From positions 65,049-129,048 of the forward strand of contig JBGAJA010000006.1 of the NCBI GenBank assembly GCA_044225175.1: a stretch of DNA of 64,000 nt, written 5' to 3'. Under the pieces are notes generated by a model. That model did not search any database and was not told where the DNA came from. It was given only the letters and a program-made list of their open reading frames with translations. A program made the translations under genes and the position numbers. This document shows, piece by piece, positions 47,012 through 55,855 of this stretch (positions are counted from its first letter, which is position 1; every line of letters begins with the position of its first letter). The stretch comes from Candidatus Omnitrophota bacterium. GTDB taxonomy: Bacteria; Omnitrophota; Gorgyraeia; Zapsychrales; Fredricksoniimonadaceae.

Positions 47012-48507
47012 GTCACAGAGCAAGCGGCATACTTCTTCATATCAGTTGTTTACCATCTAATTATGGAATTGGAGATTTTGGTCCCCATGCTTATGCCTTT
47101 ATAGATTTTCTTAAGAATTCTGGCCAAACCTATTGGCAAATGCTTCCACTTAATCCGACCGATGGGATTAATGGTCATTCTCCTTATAGCTGTTTTTCCG
47201 CTTTTGCTGGAAATTCTTTATTGATTAGCCCTGATTTCTTAGTCATTGATGGTTTTCTTAAGCCAGGTGATTTAAAAAACAATCCAGACTTTGAAAAAGA
47301 TCAAATTGATTATCCTAAAGTAATTCCTTTCAAGCACAAACTTCTGGATTTAGCTTTTAAGAATTTCCAAGCGCAGGAGAGGAAAGCTGATTATGATGAT
47401 TTTCTGGTACAAAATAAATCTTGGTTAATTGATTTTGCTATTTTTTCCGCTGCTAAATCTAAATATTCGGGTCTTTGTTGGGAGCAATGGCCAGCTACTT
47501 TGAAGGACCGTAATTCACGTACTTTGGCTACTTTTGCTAAAAAACATTCGGACGAAATTGAGCTGACCAAATTCACCCAATATGTATTTTATCGTCAATG
47601 GGGGCGATTAAAGGCTTATGCTAATAGTAAGGGGATCAGCATTATTGGCGATATTCCCATTTATGTGAATTATGATAGTGTGGATGTATGGTGTCATAGG
47701 TCTTATTTCAAATTGGATAAAAAAGGCGAATTGAAATTTATCAGCGGCTGTCCGCCCGATTATTTTTCTAAAACTGGCCAACGCTGGGGAAATCCAGTCT
47801 ATGATTGGGTAAATATTAAGAAAAATAAATATTCATGGTGGGTCAAGCGTATTGCTCATAATTTGTCGATGTTTGATTATTTACGTATTGATCATTTTCG
47901 TGGTTTTTGTTCTTTTTGGCAGATTCCAGCTCATGAAAAGCTCGCTGTCTTTGGACAGTGGATCAAAGGTCCAGGAGAAGAATTCTTTAATTATTTACTT
48001 AGACATTTTAAATATCTGCCTCTTATTGCAGAAGATTTAGGTGAGGTCAGTAATGAAGTTTTGCTTTTAATGCGTCGATTTCAGTTTCCTGGAATGAGAG
48101 TATTGTTATTTGCTTTTACAGGGGAACCTAAAAGAAATCCACATGTACCAGCTAACTATCCGGAAAATTCTGTAGCCTATACGGGAACCCACGATAATAA
48201 TACTGTCCAAGGCTGGTACTATCAGGAAGCCAAGGAGCATGAGAGAGCCAATATTAAAATTGTTCTGGGAGTCAAGCCTGTTCCTCGACAATTACATTGG
48301 CAAATGATAGAAGCACTCTTTAAATCGAAATCGAATACTGTGATTGTTCCTTTACAAGATGTTTTTGGCCTGGATGCTTCTTCACGAATGAATACGCCGG
48401 CAACTAAATCTCATAATTGGAGATGGCGTTTTGAAGCAGGAGCATTAACAGCCTCCTTATCTGCTAAACTTTTAAGAATTACTCGTCGAACAAAGAGGAG
48501 CGAATAA
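47008..48507 (+). CDS. malQ: 4-alpha-glucanotransferase (amylomaltase, GH77)
   Basis: ASGILLHISCLPSNYGIGDFG at the N-terminus, plus …GDIPIYV… and …LRIDHFRGF…. Confidence 0.85.
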   Translation: MSHRASGILLHISCLPSNYGIGDFGPHAYAFIDFLKNSGQTYWQMLPLNPTDGINGHSPYSCFSAFAGNSLLISPDFLVIDGFLKPGDLKNNPDFEKDQIDYPKVIPFKHKLLDLAFKNFQAQERKADYDDFLVQNKSWLIDFAIFSAAKSKYSGLCWEQWPATLKDRNSRTLATFAKKHSDEIELTKFTQYVFYRQWGRLKAYANSKGISIIGDIPIYVNYDSVDVWCHRSYFKLDKKGELKFISGCPPDYFSKTGQRWGNPVYDWVNIKKNKYSWWVKRIAHNLSMFDYLRIDHFRGFCSFWQIPAHEKLAVFGQWIKGPGEEFFNYLLRHFKYLPLIAEDLGEVSNEVLLLMRRFQFPGMRVLLFAFTGEPKRNPHVPANYPENSVAYTGTHDNNTVQGWYYQEAKEHERANIKIVLGVKPVPRQLHWQMIEALFKSKSNTVIVPLQDVFGLDASSRMNTPATKSHNWRWRFEAGALTASLSAKLLRITRRTKRSE

Positions 48508-49128
48508 ATGAATTTATCAAAACAAACATTAACAGTGATTATTATTGTGTGTGTAATCGCTCTTGTGGTTGGTCTTAAAGGTTTGCATTCAAAATCCCCA
48601 GTCAATGTGGATCCAGTGGTAGCCAGGAGCTTAGGATCTGATAAAGCCAGAGTCAATATTGTTGAATTTATTGATTTTGAGTGTCCCGCTTGTGCTCAGG
48701 GATCAAAGATTCTAAAAGACTATGTGGCTAAATATCCCGACCAAATCTATTTGCAAGTAAAATATTATCCTTTGATGAACGTTCATCATCATGCTCTTCA
48801 GGTAGCTGCCTATGGTGAATGTGTGGCTCGACAAGGGAAGTTTTGGCAGTTCTTTGAGCCCTTAATGGTGCAGCAGGCTCAATGGTCCCAATTAGTCAAT
48901 GCCCAAGGTATATTTGACCAAATTGCTCAGGCTGCTGGAGTTAACATGGCTCAATTAAAAACGTGTGTTTCTTCGGATGATGTATCTACAAAGATTATGG
49001 CTGAAAAGAATATTGGCCGCTCGCTGGGAGTGCAGTCAACACCCACATATTTTATTAATACTAAGATGGTTGTAGGAACAAAGTCTTTGAAAGAAGAATT
49101 AGATACGTATTTTCCTAAGGCAAAGTAG
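48508..49128 (+). CDS. DsbA-family thiol:disulfide oxidoreductase (membrane-anchored)
   Basis: An N-terminal TM anchor and a thioredoxin-fold active site FECPACAQ. The start immediately follows the malQ stop. Confidence 0.7.
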   Translation: MNLSKQTLTVIIIVCVIALVVGLKGLHSKSPVNVDPVVARSLGSDKARVNIVEFIDFECPACAQGSKILKDYVAKYPDQIYLQVKYYPLMNVHHHALQVAAYGECVARQGKFWQFFEPLMVQQAQWSQLVNAQGIFDQIAQAAGVNMAQLKTCVSSDDVSTKIMAEKNIGRSLGVQSTPTYFINTKMVVGTKSLKEELDTYFPKAK

Positions 49129-49162
49129 AGACGGGGCATGCCTCGTCTGTACAAAATCAAAT

Positions 49163-49597
49163 ATGGCCGCTCTATTACGAATCTTCATAGGCTCAATTTT
49201 CTTAGTTTCTGGTTTAGAGAAATTAATAAGTCCTTATCAGAATTTTATGTATGTTATACAAGGCTATGAACTTTTTCCTTCATGGATGGAAAAACTTATT
49301 GCCGTAACTGTTCCATGGGTTGAAGTGTTTGTTGGAATCTTTTTGGTTGTGGGATTGTGGATTAATTTATCTTTAAAAGGAGCTTTATTATTCTTTGGCT
49401 GCTTTATCATAATTGTAGGACAGGCTCTTGTAAGGCGTTTGCCCATTGATCAATGTGGCTGTTTCGGTGAAAGTATTCATATTCCACCTCAATATATCCT
49501 CGTTTTTGACAGTTTTATGCTTTTAACTGTGTTTTGGCTTCTTCGAAACATGACTAAAGCTCAGCGGTTTAGCTTAGATAAGAAAACGTTTTCTTAA
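49163..49597 (+). CDS. MauE/DoxX-family membrane protein
   Basis: Four TM helices and a conserved CGCFG motif (…DQCGCFGES…), characteristic of the MauE-like family. These are frequently paired with DsbA/thioredoxin-like partners. Confidence 0.5.
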   Translation: MAALLRIFIGSIFLVSGLEKLISPYQNFMYVIQGYELFPSWMEKLIAVTVPWVEVFVGIFLVVGLWINLSLKGALLFFGCFIIIVGQALVRRLPIDQCGCFGESIHIPPQYILVFDSFMLLTVFWLLRNMTKAQRFSLDKKTFS

Positions 49598-49677
49598 ACT
49601 ATCCCTCCAGACCTTGACATTCCCTTTGCACATGGCATACTTTTATAGAAGATAAAAATTGTGGATGAGGAATTTAA

Positions 49678-52600
49678 ATGAAGCAAAATACTTTTAACCC
49701 CAAAAAAGTAGCATATCAAAACCTGCGTAAAACAATTACAAGCGTTGTTCTCACAGCTTTTTTTTGTACTTCCTTACATAATCCATCTTATGCACAATCT
49801 GTATCGGGCAATATGCCTTGGATGCCAAAGCCAGGGGTAATTGTCCGTTTAAGCCCTGAATTTAAACCAGCACATTTACTGGGAATGACCATTCATGGGG
49901 ACAATGCTTTAAAGTTTGATTTTATTGTTCATCGTGGTGATAACCCATTAACTGAAGATCAGAAAAAAGAAGAATATAATAAGCTTATTAAATATTTTCT
50001 AGCTTCTTTGACTATTCCTGATGAAAACCAATGGGTCAACCTTTCGCCTTATGAAAAGAACCGCATTATTAAGGAAGACTTTGGAACAACAGAAATGGGA
50101 CGTGATCTTTTAGCCCAGGATTACGTGTTAAAACAAATCACATCCAGTCTTATTTATCCTGAAGATAATCTAGGAAAGAAGTTTTGGGATAAGGTGTATG
50201 ACCGTGCTTGGAAAGAATATGGCACAACAAATGTCCCTGTAAATACCTTTAATAAGGTTTGGATTATTCCTGATGAAGCAGTTGTTTATGAAAGCGGTAA
50301 TACTGCTTATGTGCTTCGTAATCATTTGAAGGTCATGTTGGAAGAAGATTATGTCTCTTTAGATAAACATAGTGGAATTACAAATAATAAACCTACTGTT
50401 AGCAATACCAATAAAGCACATAGCCTGGCTTCACAAATTATTAAGGACATTGTTCTCCCTGAGTTAGAAAGGGAAGTTAATGAAGGGCAGAATTTTGCTA
50501 ATCTTCGTCAGATTTATAGCGGGATGATTTTGGCTACATGGTACAAGAAAGCATTGAAAGAAAGTTTATTAGGACAAATTTATGTTAATCGATCTAAGGT
50601 CAAAGGAGTTGAACAGAACCCTCAAAATAATCAAGTCATTTATCAGCAATACTTAAAAGCCTTTAAGAAAGGTGTATTTAACTACATTAAAGAAGATGTA
50701 GACAAATACACCAAGGAGAGTATTCCTCGTAAATATTTCTCTGGTGGAACAATCAACGATTATGCCCAGGTCACAAAATTCTTAAAAAAAGGAGATTCTT
50801 TGCCAGAGAACATTGATTTTGCTTCTCTTGCAACAGGGATTGCTGACCTTGCGACTGTGGTAATTGATGGTTCAGGTAATAATGCAAGTTTTAATGGTCG
50901 CGATTCAGTAGTGGAAGTTCTTAGGTTATTACAAGGAGGAGGCCTTTCTAATGCAGAAAGAAATGGGTGGCAGGCGTTGGGAAGGTTGGCGGGAACAGAA
51001 GCTTTGGAAGTCAAAAGAAGAATTATGGATGCTGAGTTAATCGTGTATGACAGAGAAGGAAGGGCTATTAGAAGAACATTCTTTAACGGAAACTCTTTGA
51101 TAGACCAAGTTCAAATTTTATTTAAGGAAGGTCAACAGGTTCTTTTTCTTGATGAATCTTCTGAAGTATCAAGTAGCAGTCAAATGGTTGCTGTCCCTTC
51201 GGTCAGGGGAAATTCAAAAGGAATTATCCTTTCTGAGACATCTAGAGCCCCTGAAATAGCGCGTAAATTAGGAGCTCTGTTTTCTTCATTGATCTACATA
51301 ACAGAAACTAAACCTACAATAACGTATCTTGGTTTGTATCCTTCATTAGATAGAGGTTCCAAAGATTTTCAAAAAGGGCCAAATGCCATTGATAAAAATA
51401 ATAAAGATAAGACTACCTCTGCGTATAAACTTAATGGGTTTACAACTCTACCGGTAGTTCTGAGTCAAAGTATGAATGAAAGGGTATTAGAAAGAAGCAT
51501 AGGTACTTTTAGTAATCGAAAAAGAGGAATGGTAGGTGTTGCTGTTGAGTCGTTTGAAAAAATACCTAATGGGTTACTTGCACTTTCAAATGAAAGATTT
51601 TATTTAGTCTCTATTTATGTGCAAGTTCCTTCTAGTATCCCTCACGTGGATACTGGCAGAAATTCTGCGATAACTGTTAACTTTTATATGACAAAATCTG
51701 AGCTAGATCAATTTACGAGTTTGATTCAACAGTCACCTGAAGCATTGATTTATGCGTTTCAAGAAAATTCAGACGTAAATCTTAGTAATATTTTTAAAGG
51801 GATGATGGGAGATGCGCTGAAAGAGGGTATAGGGTTCTATGGTCCTACTAATTTAGGTCAATATCCGTTGGAAGGTCTTATATCTTCTGACGAGTTAAGG
51901 TCTATTATTTCAGCTGATGCGGCATTGATTGCGGGGAAAGATAAGGCCCTTTTAGAAAAAGTATTCCTAGGAACTCTTCAGATGTTGAGTAAATCTGGAC
52001 TATTGGGAGATGAGGTAGCACGAGAAAGAGTATATGAACGTTTATTTCCTCATTTAAAACCTTTGAGAGGTATGATTTCTACTGCATTGACAAACAAACC
52101 TACTATTGAGAGTGTACAAGAAATACCAGAATTTGTGGCTGCAGTTAACAATTTATTTACACCAGAGCAGGTAGCGCGTGATTTTACTAGTTTTTCAAAA
52201 GATGCACGAGATATTAGTAATCTAAAACAAGTTTTTATTAATGATTTCAATCAATTCTTAAGATTAATCAAAAACTTTTCTGAGACTAGAGTTGTATTAA
52301 GTGCTAATAAAATCATTCTTTCAGATGTTCTTTCGGATTTATATGATCTCTCCAATAAAATAATCCAGAATAAGACTTCTGTTGTAGAGTTGCAAAAAGC
52401 AGTTGAGGCTCTTCTTTTAAAACAACCGGAAGCCGCTCGACCATCCTTAAGGGAGATTTTATTAAAAGAAGTAAAAAGAATGCATAGTCAATTGAAGCTA
52501 AAAGAAGTCGTGTTGGAGAAAAGCAATCAAGTATTAGCAGATTTAAAAGCAAGAGGGGTGATTGGTGAGCTAGATGCAGTTAATGCAAGGGAGAAATTGA

Positions 52601-53736
52601 TAAATCTAAGAGTACTTGTTGAACAGAATCCTAAAGTGGGAGCTATTGCACAGATCGGAGAACTCAAGAATCGAATCGCTGCATTATTTAATGGAGATGG
52701 TAATGTTTTGCCTGGAGTGTCTAAAGCTGAGATTGCCGCTCTTCGGACATTTTTAGAAGAGGATTTAAGTAGTTATTTAGAGTTAATTACAGCTTTTTCT
52801 AAAACGCGAGAAGCTTTAAAAGGTGATCCAGATTCTTGGGATGCTATTATCTTTGATTTATACGCTATTGATAGGCATGATTTGGAGAGAATCTTTGCTA
52901 AGGTGTTATCAAAAGTTCCTGAAATTATTAAACTAATAGGAACTCCAAATCAAGAGGCAGGGAGAGAGGCTTTAACTGCTGATTTAAATGCTATCAAAGA
53001 TAATGCCATGTCATCGATAAATAGGGTAAACACACCTGGAGTTAATCGATTTGGGGATTCAATAGTTCCTCCCGTGGAAAGAAGTTCAAACACAGGAGCA
53101 TACGAGAGAGGGACTCTTCCTCAAGATCAAAGGGGGGCATTTCGACTACCATCTCAACAAGAAGACCCACAGCCTCTACCTCGTCAAGAAGATAGTACTA
53201 CGATAACTCTATCTCAAGGTGCTACATTTAATATCTTTCCTGATGAAGCAAAGTTTAACCGATTGGTTATCTCAAATTCTTCTGATTCTAAAATAATAGA
53301 GTTCACTCTGGGGGAGATTCAGAATCTTAAAGAGGGGAATTATAATGGATTTACTGTTACTAGAAATGAAGGAGAGTTGCCTAAAGTAGGAGAAATAACT
53401 GCACCGTGGAAACTCCAAGAAATGTCGAGACGGTCTGTGACAATAACTGCCACTAGAGATTTAAGAATTACAACTTTTACGAATCCAGCCATGCTTAATA
53501 GTACATCGGATAAACAAGATAAACTTGGTGGTATCGATTTAAATTCAGCCAATTTGAATTTACAAATTAAACGTGATGGTAAAGGTGTTCCATTACCTTT
53601 GAATCAACAGGACATGGCGCAACTCATGCAAATTCAAGGCTTTATTCCCAAAATCATTGAAATCACGCCTGCTGCCGGTCTTCCAATCTTCAGTGAACTC
53701 AAACAAAAGCTAAAACCTGCAAGTAGCTTATCGTAA
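49678..53736 (+). CDS. Giant secreted protein (1352 aa) that is a paralog of the 36957 gene. The N- and C-terminal modules are shared; the ~900-aa middle is non-repetitive and unrelated.
   Basis: Signal peptide …NPSYAQS. The N-terminal region aligns with the first giant protein. The C-terminus …GGIDLNSANLNL…GFIPKIIEITP… matches the first protein's C-terminus. Confidence 0.65.
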   Translation: MKQNTFNPKKVAYQNLRKTITSVVLTAFFCTSLHNPSYAQSVSGNMPWMPKPGVIVRLSPEFKPAHLLGMTIHGDNALKFDFIVHRGDNPLTEDQKKEEYNKLIKYFLASLTIPDENQWVNLSPYEKNRIIKEDFGTTEMGRDLLAQDYVLKQITSSLIYPEDNLGKKFWDKVYDRAWKEYGTTNVPVNTFNKVWIIPDEAVVYESGNTAYVLRNHLKVMLEEDYVSLDKHSGITNNKPTVSNTNKAHSLASQIIKDIVLPELEREVNEGQNFANLRQIYSGMILATWYKKALKESLLGQIYVNRSKVKGVEQNPQNNQVIYQQYLKAFKKGVFNYIKEDVDKYTKESIPRKYFSGGTINDYAQVTKFLKKGDSLPENIDFASLATGIADLATVVIDGSGNNASFNGRDSVVEVLRLLQGGGLSNAERNGWQALGRLAGTEALEVKRRIMDAELIVYDREGRAIRRTFFNGNSLIDQVQILFKEGQQVLFLDESSEVSSSSQMVAVPSVRGNSKGIILSETSRAPEIARKLGALFSSLIYITETKPTITYLGLYPSLDRGSKDFQKGPNAIDKNNKDKTTSAYKLNGFTTLPVVLSQSMNERVLERSIGTFSNRKRGMVGVAVESFEKIPNGLLALSNERFYLVSIYVQVPSSIPHVDTGRNSAITVNFYMTKSELDQFTSLIQQSPEALIYAFQENSDVNLSNIFKGMMGDALKEGIGFYGPTNLGQYPLEGLISSDELRSIISADAALIAGKDKALLEKVFLGTLQMLSKSGLLGDEVARERVYERLFPHLKPLRGMISTALTNKPTIESVQEIPEFVAAVNNLFTPEQVARDFTSFSKDARDISNLKQVFINDFNQFLRLIKNFSETRVVLSANKIILSDVLSDLYDLSNKIIQNKTSVVELQKAVEALLLKQPEAARPSLREILLKEVKRMHSQLKLKEVVLEKSNQVLADLKARGVIGELDAVNAREKLINLRVLVEQNPKVGAIAQIGELKNRIAALFNGDGNVLPGVSKAEIAALRTFLEEDLSSYLELITAFSKTREALKGDPDSWDAIIFDLYAIDRHDLERIFAKVLSKVPEIIKLIGTPNQEAGREALTADLNAIKDNAMSSINRVNTPGVNRFGDSIVPPVERSSNTGAYERGTLPQDQRGAFRLPSQQEDPQPLPRQEDSTTITLSQGATFNIFPDEAKFNRLVISNSSDSKIIEFTLGEIQNLKEGNYNGFTVTRNEGELPKVGEITAPWKLQEMSRRSVTITATRDLRITTFTNPAMLNSTSDKQDKLGGIDLNSANLNLQIKRDGKGVPLPLNQQDMAQLMQIQGFIPKIIEITPAAGLPIFSELKQKLKPASSLS

Positions 53737-53801
53737 TTGTTATCGTCAACAACCTGCCTTTTTGTTGGTAATGATCTTCTGCTATTGATATACTAAATAT
53801 T

Positions 53802-54194
53802 ATGATTAAAGGTAAGTACAAAATCGTCTATGATGGGCGATGCAGTTTTTGTGTTAGTTGTATCCGTGATTTAAAGATTATGGATTGGTTTAAGAAATGT
53901 GAATTTGCGGACTATCATGCCGCATCAGATTTAAAAGAATTGCATTCCACTTTAGATCCGAAGGTGGCTGCCAGTCAAATTCACTTGATAACCCCTGAAG
54001 GAAAGATCTATGGAGGATTTTTTGCTATCCGACAAACTGCATGGCTGATGCCTCTCATGTATCCCTTATTGCTTGTTATGTATTTACCTTTTGCTAATAA
54101 GATTGGGTCAGCTATGTATCGTTGGATTGCTTTAAACCGTTATATTCTTCATTCCCATCAAGGCTGCAAAGATAATCACTGTTTTAGACCATGA
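53802..54194 (+). CDS. DCC-family thiol-disulfide oxidoreductase (DUF393)
   Basis: N-terminal IVYDGRCSFCVSCIRDL (CxxC) and a length of 130 aa. Confidence 0.6.
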   Translation: MIKGKYKIVYDGRCSFCVSCIRDLKIMDWFKKCEFADYHAASDLKELHSTLDPKVAASQIHLITPEGKIYGGFFAIRQTAWLMPLMYPLLLVMYLPFANKIGSAMYRWIALNRYILHSHQGCKDNHCFRP

Positions 54195-55303
54195 TTACAC
54201 ATAAAGATATCCCCAAATTTATTTGGATCCACACCATATTAATCATGGGTATTGGATTGATTGCCCTTTATAGTGCTTCTTTTAATAACTCACGCGTAGG
54301 ACAGAATGTGTTTTATGACCAACTTGTTTGTGCCTTTCTTGGGCTTATGGTCATGATGTTTTTGGCCTATTTTGATTATCGCCGGTTCTTTGATATTGCC
54401 TATGTCATTTATGGTTTCAGTCTTATTTTTCTTTTCTTTGTATTGTTTTTGGGACGTGAAGCGCTTGGTGCTACTCGTTGGTTTTCTATAGGAGGATTTA
54501 GTTTTCAGCCCTCTGAATTCAGTAAATTGGCGGTTATTTTATTTCTTGGAAGGTATTTAAGTTTGCGCAGGCCAAAACTATCTTTTAATTTTTCAGGAAA
54601 TTTAAGAGGTGTGTGGGATGATTTAGTCTTTCCTTTGATCATTATAGGTATTTCAGTGCTTTTGGTTTTTAAACAGCCTGATTTGGGTACGGCAATTTTG
54701 ATATTTGGAATTTTTATAGTGATGATTTATGCGAGCGGCATTGCTCATAAGCTTTTTCTTGGTTTTATAATTACTATTCTAGCGTTAGCGCCTTTTGTCT
54801 GGCATTTCTTGAAACCATATCAGAAGACTCGATTAACTGTGTTTTTAGATCCGAGTCATGATCCAACGGGAGCGGGTTATACAATCACTCAGTCCAAAAT
54901 CGCTGTTGGTTCTGGACAGCTTTGGGGAAAGGGATGGCTTTCTGGAACTCAAAATCAATTGAATTTTCTTCCAGAAAGACACACAGATTTTATTTTTTCA
55001 GTTATTGGAGAGGAGTGGGGGCTGATGGGAGCCTTATTCTTAGTATATTGTTACATCATGATTATTTATTGCGGATTTACGATAGCTAATTTTAACAAAG
55101 ATCGTTTTGGCCAACTGGTAACTATCGGAATTGTAGCGATATTAGCAATGCAGGTAGTGATTAATATTGCTATGGTAATTGGCTTATGTCCTGTTGTAGG
55201 AATTACCCTTCCATTTATTAGTTATGGACGCACTTCATTTATTGTTTTTGCTTTAATGATTGGCTTTTTGTTGAGCTTGAGCCGAAAAAGATCCATATTT
55301 TAA
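54191..55303 (+). CDS. SEDS-family peptidoglycan glycosyltransferase (FtsW/RodA/SpoVE)
   Basis: About 10 TM segments, with a conserved …SEFSKLAVILFLG… region and a …PERHTDFIFSVIGEEWG… motif. Confidence 0.8.
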   Translation: MITHKDIPKFIWIHTILIMGIGLIALYSASFNNSRVGQNVFYDQLVCAFLGLMVMMFLAYFDYRRFFDIAYVIYGFSLIFLFFVLFLGREALGATRWFSIGGFSFQPSEFSKLAVILFLGRYLSLRRPKLSFNFSGNLRGVWDDLVFPLIIIGISVLLVFKQPDLGTAILIFGIFIVMIYASGIAHKLFLGFIITILALAPFVWHFLKPYQKTRLTVFLDPSHDPTGAGYTITQSKIAVGSGQLWGKGWLSGTQNQLNFLPERHTDFIFSVIGEEWGLMGALFLVYCYIMIIYCGFTIANFNKDRFGQLVTIGIVAILAMQVVINIAMVIGLCPVVGITLPFISYGRTSFIVFALMIGFLLSLSRKRSIF

Positions 55304-55376
55304 AGTCAATTTTTTATCCTAAATGGTAATTTTGTGATAAAATTCGACATGCTATATTCACAAAAAGGACAGTTCT

Positions 55377-55826
55377 ATGAAACATTTTCGTAAAATTATC
55401 AATAAGCAACTTGGGGAGATTTTAGTCGAACGGGGAATTATTACCCGTATGCAGCTGGAACAAGCTTTAAAAATTCAAAAAGAACAGAATATTCTTTTTG
55501 GAGAAGCTTTAGTGAGTTTGCAATATACGACTGAAGAAAATATTGTTCAAGCGCTCACAGCTCAGTACGGTTTCCCATACCTGCCTTTATCTAATTATGA
55601 AATTTCCCCTGAAGTCTTATCGGTTATTCCTGCCAACATTTGTAATAAGTATTGTCTTATTCCTATTGATAAAATTGGTAAGAGTTTGACTTTGGCAATG
55701 GCTAATCCTTTAAATTTGAGTGCTTTGGAAGATGTTGAATTGGTTACAAATTGTATGGTCCAAGCCTTTGTCAGCACAGCGACAGATATTAAATCAGCCA
55801 TCAAGCGATACTATGAATCAAGTTAA
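55377..55826 (+). CDS. Standalone T2SSE_N/MshEN-domain protein (putative c-di-GMP receptor)
   Basis: 149 aa consisting only of the GspE/PilB N-terminal domain. QLGEILVERGIITRMQLEQALKIQ matches the 24-residue MshEN motif RLGxxLLxxGLLxxxxLxxxLxxQ at every defined position except R1 to Q. Confidence 0.6.
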   Translation: MKHFRKIINKQLGEILVERGIITRMQLEQALKIQKEQNILFGEALVSLQYTTEENIVQALTAQYGFPYLPLSNYEISPEVLSVIPANICNKYCLIPIDKIGKSLTLAMANPLNLSALEDVELVTNCMVQAFVSTATDIKSAIKRYYESS

Positions 55827-55855
55827 TGGTTTTATAGTGCCATTAATACTTAATT

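Noticed and set aside
49598-49677. Sigma-70-like promoter (TTGACA at 49613-49618) upstream of the second giant gene
   Set aside because: A perfect -35 hexamer is present. The best -10 candidate at 17-bp spacing (ATACTT) is poor and the TATAG is at a 21-bp spacing. Without TSS data this is too weak to call.
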